Assembly: GCA_020833255.1 (NCBI GenBank)
Contig: JAJHQR010000002.1
Location: 1 to 60,007, forward strand
Length of the DNA: 60,007 nucleotides
Source: Desulfurococcaceae archaeon
Lineage (GTDB): Archaea; Thermoproteota; Thermoprotei_A; Sulfolobales; NBVN01
Direction of reading: 5' to 3'
This document shows positions 48,138 through 56,351 of the stretch, one piece after another; within the stretch, counting starts at the first letter, position 1; each line of letters begins with the position of its first letter. The notes beneath the pieces were generated by a model. It saw only the letters and a list, made by a program, of their open reading frames with translations. It was not told the origin of the DNA and made no database searches. The translations under genes were made by a program, and so were the position numbers.

Positions 48138-48845
48138 TTATTTTTCGTTCGCGGATTTATTCACGCAATACTTGCGGAGGACTTCCTTTATTACGTCTGT
48201 TGTCGACATTAAGTGACCCCCCACTCTCTCACCCAATCTTTCCACGGTCAGGTTCAGACCTAGTCTCTCACTATTTCGTATTAGGGTATGCTCGTCTATG
48301 GGTTGGTCAGGACCTAACAATATGATGTCCGGTCTTACCTTAATCACGGGCTTCATGAAGTCTTCCTCGTCACCCAGTATCGCCTCGTACACGTACTTGA
48401 GTGAGGAAACCAGGGTGAGTCTCGATCTCTCGTCTAGCACGGGCTCCCTCCCCTTTATCCTCTTTACTACAGAGTCTCTAGCCACCACCGCGTACACTAA
48501 GCCTTTCTCATGAGCTTTCTTCACGTAATGTATGTGTCCTGGATGCAGCAAGTCGAAGGTTCCTCCCACAAGGACCTTCCTAGGTTTCTCTCTCACCCAC
48601 TCGAATTCGACACTACCCGTCAACCTTAAAGCGTCTAGTAATCCCTCGCTGTAAGCCACGCACGATAGCGACGTCACGTAATCGCCGAGACTAAAGTAGT
48701 GCTTAGCGTCACTTAAGTAGAGGGCCGCAAGCCTTATCACCTCGCTCACCTCCCTACCACTACTCACCACTCTCAAAGTCTTCAATGCTTTCTCAACCAT
48801 GTCTATGTACGTTCTAAGCCTTACTTGCGTGCTCTCTGAAGTCAT
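48138..48845 (-). CDS. DUF357 domain fused to a RibL-like FAD synthetase/cytidylyltransferase
   Basis: YLSDAKHY...AYSEGLLDA (DUF357), then GGTFDLLHPGH, LGPDQ, STT. Confidence 0.85.
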   Translation of the reverse strand: MTSESTQVRLRTYIDMVEKALKTLRVVSSGREVSEVIRLAALYLSDAKHYFSLGDYVTSLSCVAYSEGLLDALRLTGSVEFEWVREKPRKVLVGGTFDLLHPGHIHYVKKAHEKGLVYAVVARDSVVKRIKGREPVLDERSRLTLVSSLKYVYEAILGDEEDFMKPVIKVRPDIILLGPDQPIDEHTLIRNSERLGLNLTVERLGERVGGHLMSTTDVIKEVLRKYCVNKSANEK

Positions 48846-48970
48846 CGTACAGCCCCGAAAAATAAACTTCGCGTGCAACATATTATAAATATCTTAACCC
48901 TACTCCACCGTCTTGGTCGCGGACGCGAGATCTAATATTTTAAGGTGTTCAATAATACTTGGTGGTTTAA

Positions 48971-49690
48971 GTGGTTACTGAGTTGCTGTTCCAGAAAGAC
49001 AGCTATTTAAGGAGGTTTGAAGCAGTTGTGGTAGGGTTGACTAGTGACGGCGTAATCTTAGATAAGACCGCTTTCCACCCCACTTCCGGAGGGGTAGCTA
49101 ACGATACTGGCTGGCTATACTCTGGTGAGAGGAGGTATGAGGTCAGGGACGTAATAATCGATAAGAGTTCAGGCGAGGTCATTCACGTACTCGACAGCCT
49201 TGAAGGTTTGAAACCCGGCTCCTCAGTCATAGGCGAGTTAAACTGGGAGAGGAGGTATAGGCTCATGAGGCTGCACACAGCTGCACACATACTTTCCGCG
49301 GTTATGTACTCTAAGTACAGCTCCCTAGTCACTGGAGGTAGTGTCGAGCCGGATAAAGCTAAGGAAGACTATGACATACAAGGAGATGAGAAAGAGGTTT
49401 TCAGTAAGGCTGCGGAGGAGGTCAACGAGATAATAAAGAGGGGTATAGAAGTAAAGATTTACTGGCTCAATAGAGAGGAAGCCATGAAAATACCTGGTAT
49501 AGTGAAACTGGCTGCTAGGATGCCGCCAAACATAGAGACCTTAAGGATAGTGGAGATACCGGGGGTCGACATACAGGCTGACGGAGGACCCCACGTCAAG
49601 AACACGATCGAGATAGGTAAGTTCGTTCTCTTAAAAACGGAGAACAGAGGTAAGAAAAGAAAGAGGATATACTACACGGTAGAACCTTAA
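48971..49690 (+). CDS. alaXM: Alanyl-tRNA editing protein AlaX-M
   Basis: LDKTAFHP..GG..D.G, MRLHTAAH, DIQADGGPHV. Confidence 0.9.
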   Translation: MVTELLFQKDSYLRRFEAVVVGLTSDGVILDKTAFHPTSGGVANDTGWLYSGERRYEVRDVIIDKSSGEVIHVLDSLEGLKPGSSVIGELNWERRYRLMRLHTAAHILSAVMYSKYSSLVTGGSVEPDKAKEDYDIQGDEKEVFSKAAEEVNEIIKRGIEVKIYWLNREEAMKIPGIVKLAARMPPNIETLRIVEIPGVDIQADGGPHVKNTIEIGKFVLLKTENRGKKRKRIYYTVEP

Positions 49691-49866
49691 TTAATAAACT
49701 CAAAACACCTACAGACCCCTCAAACAATCACGCCAGGTTAGTTAATTCTAGGAGCCTCAAAGACTTGCTTACGAGTCTATCCGTTTGAAAAATTAAGAGA
49801 ATGTTGCGGTTTTTTAATGGAAAGATTTAAATATCCCTATACTTATATATTATTTGGTGAACAAAA

Positions 49867-50568
49867 ATGCCAGGTTTAATACCCTTGATCGGCGAGCCCT
49901 TCCCGAGACTCGAGGTAGTCACTAACTACGGTAAGAAGACTTTACCAGACGACTATAAGGGTAAGTGGTTCATTCTCTTTAGCCACCCCGCAGATTTCAC
50001 ACCGGTATGCACTACCGAGTTCGTGGCTTTCGCTATCAGGTACGAAGACTTCAAGAAACTCAACACCGAGCTCATAGGATTGAGTGTGGACAGTAACTAT
50101 AGCCATATTAAGTGGGTTGAGTGGATAAAAGAGAAACTAGGTTACGAGATACCGTTCCCCATAATAGCGGATCCCAGGGGTCAGGTAGCTGAGAAGCTCG
50201 GATTACTTCACGCTGAATCAACAACGGCTACCGTCAGAGCTGTATTCGTGGTGGATCCTGAAGGTATTATAAGAGTAATATTATACTATCCTCTAGAGCT
50301 AGGCAGGAATATCGACGAGATACTCAGGATACTGAAAGCGCTGCAAGTACATGAAGAACACGGCGTAGCCATACCCGCCAACTGGCCTAACAACGAGTTA
50401 ATAGGTGAGAGAGCTATTATACCGCCCCCGTCAACCATGGATGAAGCTTCTGAGAGACTGAGGAAGTACACGTGCTTTGACTGGTGGTTCTGCCATAAGG
50501 AAGTTCCATCAAAGGATGCGGCTGAGGCAAGAGCCTACCTAAAGAGAGTGGCTGAAGCTCGTAAGTAG
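49867..50568 (+). CDS. Peroxiredoxin (archaeal Prx6 type)
   Basis: [14 protein letters not shown] and CFDWWFC. Confidence 0.95.
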   Translation: MPGLIPLIGEPFPRLEVVTNYGKKTLPDDYKGKWFILFSHPADFTPVCTTEFVAFAIRYEDFKKLNTELIGLSVDSNYSHIKWVEWIKEKLGYEIPFPIIADPRGQVAEKLGLLHAESTTATVRAVFVVDPEGIIRVILYYPLELGRNIDEILRILKALQVHEEHGVAIPANWPNNELIGERAIIPPPSTMDEASERLRKYTCFDWWFCHKEVPSKDAAEARAYLKRVAEARK

Positions 50569-50670
50569 TTCGTGTACCTCAAACATAGAAAACATTTTAT
50601 TTTTATTTGAGGAAAGCCCCCACTAACGCTTAGGTTTTAAGGATTTCCTAACTATATTATAGGGGTTCAC

Positions 50671-51894
50671 ATGAAAACAGTTGAGGTTAGGGAGGTTCTG
50701 AAAGACTTAATAGTCTTAAGAGCTGTTGACAGAGACATAAAGTATTTTGAATCACTTTGGGAGATACCTGAGGGCGTTACCTACAACTCATACGTCTTAA
50801 GAACTAGTGAGGGGTCAATCCTCTTCGATACCGTGAAACACGGTTTCTCGGAAGAATACGTTGACGCTCTTAGGAGAGTCACTGATTTAAGGGATATTAA
50901 GTACGTGGTTATCCAGCACATGGAACCCGATCACAGCAGCTCTCTGAAAGCATTAAGTAACTTAAGCGATTTTAGAGCTGAAGTCTTAGGACACCCGCTA
51001 ACAGCTAAGCTGATAAAATCCCTTCTAGGCATAGACGTTAAGTTCAGGCCTGTGAGGGACGGCGAGGTATTAAGGCTAGATGACATAACGTTGAAGTTCC
51101 TGCATACACCTTGGTTACATTGGCCGGAGACTATCTTCACCCACATAGAAGAACTCAGTGCTTTAATGACTTGCGACGCTTTCGGCGCCTACTCCGTACC
51201 TCCATACTCGATAAGCGATTTAACCCTTCTGAGGACAGACTACGTCAAATACATGAGGAAATACTTCGTCAACATAATAGGGCATTACAGAGATAATGTC
51301 GTTAAAGCTTTAGATAAGCTCTCCACACTTAACTTAAAGATCGAGTTAATAGCTCCATCCCACGGCGCCGTCTTATCAGGAGCTGACGTCATTAAGGAAG
51401 TGCTTAACCTCTACCGTTCATGGGCTGAGGCCGTGCCGAAAGATAAGAAGGTAGTCATCCTCTACACGTCTATGTACGGCTACAACGAAGAAATAATTAG
51501 AAAACTCTTGAGCGCTGTAAGCAAAGATAACGTGGACGTTAAAGTATTCAGGTTCACGTCGTATCATAGAGACAACGTCTCGGACTTCCTAGGGGAAGTA
51601 ATTGACGCTAAGGTAATCGTCATAGCTACTTCAACATACGATAACTCCGTTTTCCCCATAACTAAATACTTGCTGGAGGTATTGCTGAGTAAATCAAACG
51701 CTGAGAAACCCGTATACCTCATAACTACGTACGGCTGGAACGACGCGGCATCAAGAGAGTTGAAGAATATCCTAATGAAGTCTAAATTCAAGCTCTCCAG
51801 GGAGTTATCTGTTAATAGCTTGCTCACGGAAGCAGACCTTCAAAAACTAAACGATATTAGTAAGGAGATCCTGACGTATTTAGATATTTCTTGA
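50671..51894 (+). CDS. fprA: Flavodiiron protein (FprA)
   Basis: GVTYNSY, HMEPDH, LHWPET, CDAFG, PSHG, YTSMYG flavodoxin loop. Confidence 0.92.
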   Translation: MKTVEVREVLKDLIVLRAVDRDIKYFESLWEIPEGVTYNSYVLRTSEGSILFDTVKHGFSEEYVDALRRVTDLRDIKYVVIQHMEPDHSSSLKALSNLSDFRAEVLGHPLTAKLIKSLLGIDVKFRPVRDGEVLRLDDITLKFLHTPWLHWPETIFTHIEELSALMTCDAFGAYSVPPYSISDLTLLRTDYVKYMRKYFVNIIGHYRDNVVKALDKLSTLNLKIELIAPSHGAVLSGADVIKEVLNLYRSWAEAVPKDKKVVILYTSMYGYNEEIIRKLLSAVSKDNVDVKVFRFTSYHRDNVSDFLGEVIDAKVIVIATSTYDNSVFPITKYLLEVLLSKSNAEKPVYLITTYGWNDAASRELKNILMKSKFKLSRELSVNSLLTEADLQKLNDISKEILTYLDIS

Positions 51895-52013
51895 CAATGC
51901 TTCACTACCAAGTTGTTAGAATATAGTGAGTCGAGCACGATCAGAGTATTTATAACTTACTTTATTGAGAAAATAGCTAACGTTTTTTAGGTATTGAATT
52001 TGAAATAATAAAT

Positions 52014-52388
52014 TTACTCGACTTTAATTTCTTTCCTAGCTTCCCATAAGCCGTGTAGGTTGCAATACTCTACAGCGTATATGACTCCGCTCTTCTTCAG
52101 CTTCACCTTAAATCTTACTTCCGGCTCACTATAAACAGGTTCTAGTTCCGTGGTCGCTAATCTTATCGGGTTAAACGACCTACCTTCCTCGTAGAAGTAG
52201 AGCTCTATTCTCCTGATAGAGTGCTCCACGGTGTTTGGATGAGGTCCTACGAAAACCTTAACTTCGAATGCTTCGTTAGCTTTCACGGTATCAGGCGCCT
52301 CTATCTTCGGGGTATGCGTCTCAACCTTCGTTATCGCTTCGCCAGGAGCTCTTTCCTGACTATATATTAACTCACTAAAGCTCTTCAT
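52014..52388 (-). CDS. Superoxide reductase (1Fe, neelaredoxin type)
   Basis: ETHTP, HPNTVEHSI, YCNLHGLW. Confidence 0.92.
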   Translation of the reverse strand: MKSFSELIYSQERAPGEAITKVETHTPKIEAPDTVKANEAFEVKVFVGPHPNTVEHSIRRIELYFYEEGRSFNPIRLATTELEPVYSEPEVRFKVKLKKSGVIYAVEYCNLHGLWEARKEIKVE

Positions 52389-52461
52389 TTAAGACTCACC
52401 GTTAACAAATCGTTCTTGAGGTTAATAAAGATTAACACACTTAACCAAACATGACGTTATA

Positions 52462-52517
52462 TTAATTGATCTGCTTGAATATTTTCATGCATGACTTTAA
52501 ATCGATCAATCAATTAA
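52462..52517. promoter_or_regulatory. Concentric inverted repeat upstream of the SOR promoter
   Basis: TTAATTGAT-N14-TCATGCATGA-N14-ATCAATTAA on a single symmetry axis. Confidence 0.45.
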
Positions 52518-52542
52518 AGCAATTCTTTAAAGGGAGGACTGA

Positions 52543-53112
52543 CTACTTAAATCTTTCCTCTCTCCAAACGTTCCCTCTGCTGTGGTAACCTAGGGCCTCC
52601 CAATACCCGTCCTTATACTCTTTAGTGAATATGATTTCAGCCACCCATTTAGCGCTTTTCCAGCCGTAGAGATGCGGTATGAAAATCCTGGCTGGGAAAC
52701 CCTGCTCAAGACTTAGGGGTCTCCCATTAATTCTTAACGCAAGGATCCCCCTCTCATCAAGGAAATCCTCGTACGGTATCACCGTGGTGTATTTATCTAA
52801 GCTCCTAACGTAAACCCATTCAACACCTTTCAAGGGCTGTGCCTCCATTACGAGCTTACGTAACGAGACACCCTCCCAAACAACACCCCTCACAGACCAT
52901 CCAGTAACGCAGTGAAAGTCTGAGACGTAAGACGTATCAACGATCTTCAGTAAGTCTTCGTAAGCGTATGTTAGAGGCTTGCTCACATCACCTAATACCC
53001 TGAGTCTCCAAGAATTGATATCTACCTCCGGCTGACCGAGGATCCTATAGATTATGAAGTTCGGAACAGCCCTCTGCCCGGGAGGTAAGGAATCAGGACC
53101 TCTCAAAAACAA
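52543..53112 (-). CDS. Sulfite oxidase-like molybdopterin-binding oxidoreductase
   Basis: LPPGQ, DFHCVTGWS, GFPAR, YGWKSAKW, GYWE..GYH. Confidence 0.9.
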   Translation of the reverse strand: MFLRGPDSLPPGQRAVPNFIIYRILGQPEVDINSWRLRVLGDVSKPLTYAYEDLLKIVDTSYVSDFHCVTGWSVRGVVWEGVSLRKLVMEAQPLKGVEWVYVRSLDKYTTVIPYEDFLDERGILALRINGRPLSLEQGFPARIFIPHLYGWKSAKWVAEIIFTKEYKDGYWEALGYHSRGNVWREERFK

Positions 53113-53428
53113 TCCCCGAACTAATAGTGCATAAAGACTTAATTAATTTATTGCAGTAAGCCACAAACCTGCAAGTACCAACGTAATCTCCCCCGTGAAA
53201 AACCTTGTAAGAGTATAAAATATAATCAGAACCTATGACCTCATTATCGCTAAACACCACCTTAAGATCCCCAACGCCTAGAGTTCTACTCATGAACTCG
53301 CTAATTAGGGAAGCGTGCTCGTGTAAATCCTCAATAAAGAAGATATCCTTAGGTTCATGACTACATAGGAAAACAAACTTAATTCCCTTAGGAGCGAGTG
53401 CTTCAGGACTGGACAGCCAGCACTCCAC
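53093..53428 (-). CDS. Hypothetical protein
   Basis: 111-aa ORF overlapping the downstream gene start. Confidence 0.6.
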   Translation of the reverse strand: MECWLSSPEALAPKGIKFVFLCSHEPKDIFFIEDLHEHASLISEFMSRTLGVGDLKVVFSDNEVIGSDYILYSYKVFHGGDYVGTCRFVAYCNKLIKSLCTISSGIVFERS

Positions 53429-53477
53429 GAATTATCCCACCTCATTATAGGATAATGAAGTTAAATAAGGGGTTGTT

Positions 53478-53568
53478 TGGTAGCCGGGCGGGGATTCGAA
53501 CCCCGGTCACGGGGGTTCTTCCCACGTGGTCCAAAGCCCCGCATCCTTGGCCGCTAGACGACCCGGCT
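53478..53568 (-). tRNA. tRNA-Gln(UUG) with a 15-nt intron at 37/38 (53516-53530); CCA encoded
   Basis: AGCCGGG acceptor stem, CGGGG-CT-TTG-G|ACCACGTGGGAAGAA|C-CCCCG, TTCGAAT loop; canonical bulge-helix-bulge. Confidence 0.95.
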
Positions 53569-53594
53569 CCACGATTTTCTTATTGTAACACGGC

Positions 53595-54122
53595 TTAAAT
53601 GTTTTTCCACGTGAGTTTCTTCGCGATTACGTAGAGCGTTATAGCGAGTGCTGCTTGAGGAGGTGTGGAGGGGTCGAGCTCGCCTACCATTACGTGATCT
53701 CCTAAACTAAGCTCTGTTTTAGAGGGCGGTGTGTCACCGCCGTTAACTACTAGAGCTACCTTACCTCTCAAGCCGCTCGCTACCTCCTCTATATCCTTAG
53801 AAACCTCCGTCTTAGCCAACACTAAGACCTTATCAGGTTTTAACAAATCGATGACGTCCTGAGGAGTTGGTAGGATAAGCAACGGCTTACCTAACCTAAA
53901 CAAGTACCTACCAACCTCGGGAATTCCTGTCTGAGCCGCCATACCGGAAACTCTGGTGAAGACTAAGCTGCTTCTTAAATTAGTTAAACCATAAACTAAC
54001 TTAGCGAAATCAATTAATCTCTGAGGGGACGAGACGTTATTGACTACCACCACCAATTCTAGACTGCCTTCAACACCTCCAGTAACCCCTACACCCTCAC
54101 GATCTCGACCCATCACTCCCAC
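53595..54122 (-). CDS. DUF2122 / COG4080 SPOUT-like protein
   Basis: NVSSPQRL.DFAKL, G.AAQ.G.PEV, D..DLL.PD motifs. Confidence 0.7.
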   Translation of the reverse strand: MGVMGRDREGVGVTGGVEGSLELVVVVNNVSSPQRLIDFAKLVYGLTNLRSSLVFTRVSGMAAQTGIPEVGRYLFRLGKPLLILPTPQDVIDLLKPDKVLVLAKTEVSKDIEEVASGLRGKVALVVNGGDTPPSKTELSLGDHVMVGELDPSTPPQAALAITLYVIAKKLTWKNI

Positions 54123-54203
54123 CCTTCACACGCTTTAAAATCGCTCGATACCAGGTCTCACAAAATATCTTGCGATCATGTTTTAATAAAACAGTTGATT
54201 TCC

Positions 54204-55172
54204 TCAAGCATCTAAACGCTTAAGCAATTCGAGAGCTATCGCCTTAGCTAGCGGTGGCGGGACCGCCTCACCCACTTGATTATATTGCTGATCCCTCCCC
54301 CCTAAAAACGCGTGGTTATCGGGGAATCCCATCAACCTAGCTTGCTCCCTCACGGTCAACAACCTGTTCTCGAAGGGGTGTATGAATCTTGAGGAACCTA
54401 AAACCGTCGGCGCGACTCTGTAAGGATGTAGCTTTATTAGGTTAGGTAGTAAACGCCCCTCAGCACCTTCATACGTGACCGCCGAACCACCCCATTTAAG
54501 CCTAAGAGCTTTCTTAAGCTTAGACTTACTAAGACTGGGTGGCGGTTCATGATTAGGTATCTGAGGGTCTGCCGAAGGTTCAGGCAGGCCTGAGAGCGCT
54601 TCCGCCACAGTGACTGACTTACTCACCCTAGGCGGGTTTATGATGATGTTGGAAGCGAATACCCTGAGTCTTCTTGAAGGGGTTCCGTAATCCTCCGCTC
54701 TAAGAAGATTGAAGTAAACTTCATAACCAGCCCTACCGAATTCTTCCTTGAGCGCCGAACCCAAATCCCCGTCTAGTATCGCGGGCACGTTCTCCATCAC
54801 GAAGTAGCTTGGTTCCAAGCATTCAAGAATCCTTATGAATTCCAGAACTAACCTACCCATGTCGTCCTTATACAGCCTGTCCAAGGGATCCTTCATCCTC
54901 CTAGGGTTAGAGCCTGTGAAGGGTTCGCAGGGTGGGGAACCTATCAGCACGTCTACCTTCAAGTTATTGATGAGGTTACGTAGTCTCCAACACTCAAGCC
55001 CGCGCACGTCCTCCGATATAACTAGTGATCTAGGGAAGTTAGACACGTAAGTCTTGACGGAAGCTTCATCAATATCTACGGCTAAGACAGGCTCAAAACC
55101 TGCTTCGTAAAACCCCCTTGCAAACCCTCCCCCGCCAGCGAATAAATCAACTAGTGAGTTCCTTCTCCTCAT
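54204..55172 (-). CDS. C5-cytosine methyltransferase (orphan)
   Basis: [46 protein letters not shown]. Confidence 0.9.
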   Translation of the reverse strand: MRRRNSLVDLFAGGGGFARGFYEAGFEPVLAVDIDEASVKTYVSNFPRSLVISEDVRGLECWRLRNLINNLKVDVLIGSPPCEPFTGSNPRRMKDPLDRLYKDDMGRLVLEFIRILECLEPSYFVMENVPAILDGDLGSALKEEFGRAGYEVYFNLLRAEDYGTPSRRLRVFASNIIINPPRVSKSVTVAEALSGLPEPSADPQIPNHEPPPSLSKSKLKKALRLKWGGSAVTYEGAEGRLLPNLIKLHPYRVAPTVLGSSRFIHPFENRLLTVREQARLMGFPDNHAFLGGRDQQYNQVGEAVPPPLAKAIALELLKRLDA

Positions 55173-55680
55173 TAGATATTTCCTCTTCGAGTTTAGCGAT
55201 CATGCCCTTCAGGAATTCCTTCGCCGCCGTATTGTCTTCCGGTCTTAAATCAGCCCCGCATTTAGGGCACTTGAAATCGTTCTCGTAAGCTTCGTCGAAG
55301 GTTAGCCTAACGCCGTCAACGTCGCACACGAAGAACGTATTATTGGATTCGAAGCTTAGCCTAGCTTTAAGCTTATTTAAGACTTCCTTCTTCCTCTGAA
55401 GGAGTACTTGATTGAGTCTACCCCCATCTATAAACCAGGTATAGATAAACCTCCCGTCCTCAGGGCTTTGCCTCCTCTTATAAGCGACGATGCCCAGCGA
55501 GTGCAACTCGTATAAAGCCCTCCTAACCTCCTGCTCGTTAATACCTGTTTCTGAAACAATCTCTGAATCCGTCAATTCCTTATTATGCTTGACTAAGGTC
55601 TCGAAAACAGCCTTGCCTGAATCCCCTACGTATTCCTCGATAAACTTAGATAACTCGTCTAACTTCCTGAGCTTACTCAA
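55147..55680 (-). CDS. tfe: Transcription factor E alpha
   Basis: [13 protein letters not shown] winged helix, [15 protein letters not shown] zinc ribbon. Confidence 0.92.
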   Translation of the reverse strand: MSKLRKLDELSKFIEEYVGDSGKAVFETLVKHNKELTDSEIVSETGINEQEVRRALYELHSLGIVAYKRRQSPEDGRFIYTWFIDGGRLNQVLLQRKKEVLNKLKARLSFESNNTFFVCDVDGVRLTFDEAYENDFKCPKCGADLRPEDNTAAKEFLKGMIAKLEEEISNEEKELTS

Positions 55681-56221
55681 CCCTAACCACCTTCTTCCCC
55701 TTAACCGACGGCTCTATATAATACTTCGCATCAGAGAAAATAAGGTGTAGTTCCCTACCCTCAAAAAGCCTATCCAAGAAAATCGCTAAGGCAGCAACCT
55801 CCGAGTGTGGTTGGTGACCTATAGCGACGTTGAAGTCCGCTAACTCGTAGAAAATCCTCGGAACCTTAGAAGCACCAACTATCACCAGCAAGTCCTTAGA
55901 GGACGATTTTATGGTGTTGATTACGTCATCCAAGTGCAAGCCGTACATCGTGAGATGCACCACGGAGCCGCCGAGACTCTTCCACTTATTAACGAACTCA
56001 ACGCTAGAAACACCTGAAACATACTCGAAGCCGCCGCAACCCCACCTCTCACAAACCTTTCTCAAGCTCTCCGAAACACTCCTGTCTTCTACGTCACCTA
56101 ACACAAAGCATGAAGCGCCGAAAGCTCTTGCAGTAAGAGCTACGTGAGTGGTAACCCTCTTATCTCTTTCAGGCCTATGACCTATCCTCAAAACACAAAC
56201 CTTGATCCCCCTATCAATCAA
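55673..56221 (-). CDS. trm56: tRNA (cytidine-56, 2'-O)-methyltransferase
   Basis: [40 protein letters not shown]. Confidence 0.95.
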   Translation of the reverse strand: MIDRGIKVCVLRIGHRPERDKRVTTHVALTARAFGASCFVLGDVEDRSVSESLRKVCERWGCGGFEYVSGVSSVEFVNKWKSLGGSVVHLTMYGLHLDDVINTIKSSSKDLLVIVGASKVPRIFYELADFNVAIGHQPHSEVAALAIFLDRLFEGRELHLIFSDAKYYIEPSVKGKKVVRVE

Positions 56222-56351
56222 GGGGCATCACCTCATGCAGGACCTCCACCACACATAAATCTTCCCATCACAAGTTTTAGATATTGAGGGTGTATGCATA
56301 GTAAACGACGGGCCCGCCGCCTCACGAGCTTGTGGGCAAGCGCTTAGCAGG

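Noticed and set aside
54204..55172. Type II restriction-modification system
   Set aside because: No cognate endonuclease nearby; the neighbours are core genes, and the downstream DUF2122 protein looks SPOUT-like rather than a nuclease.
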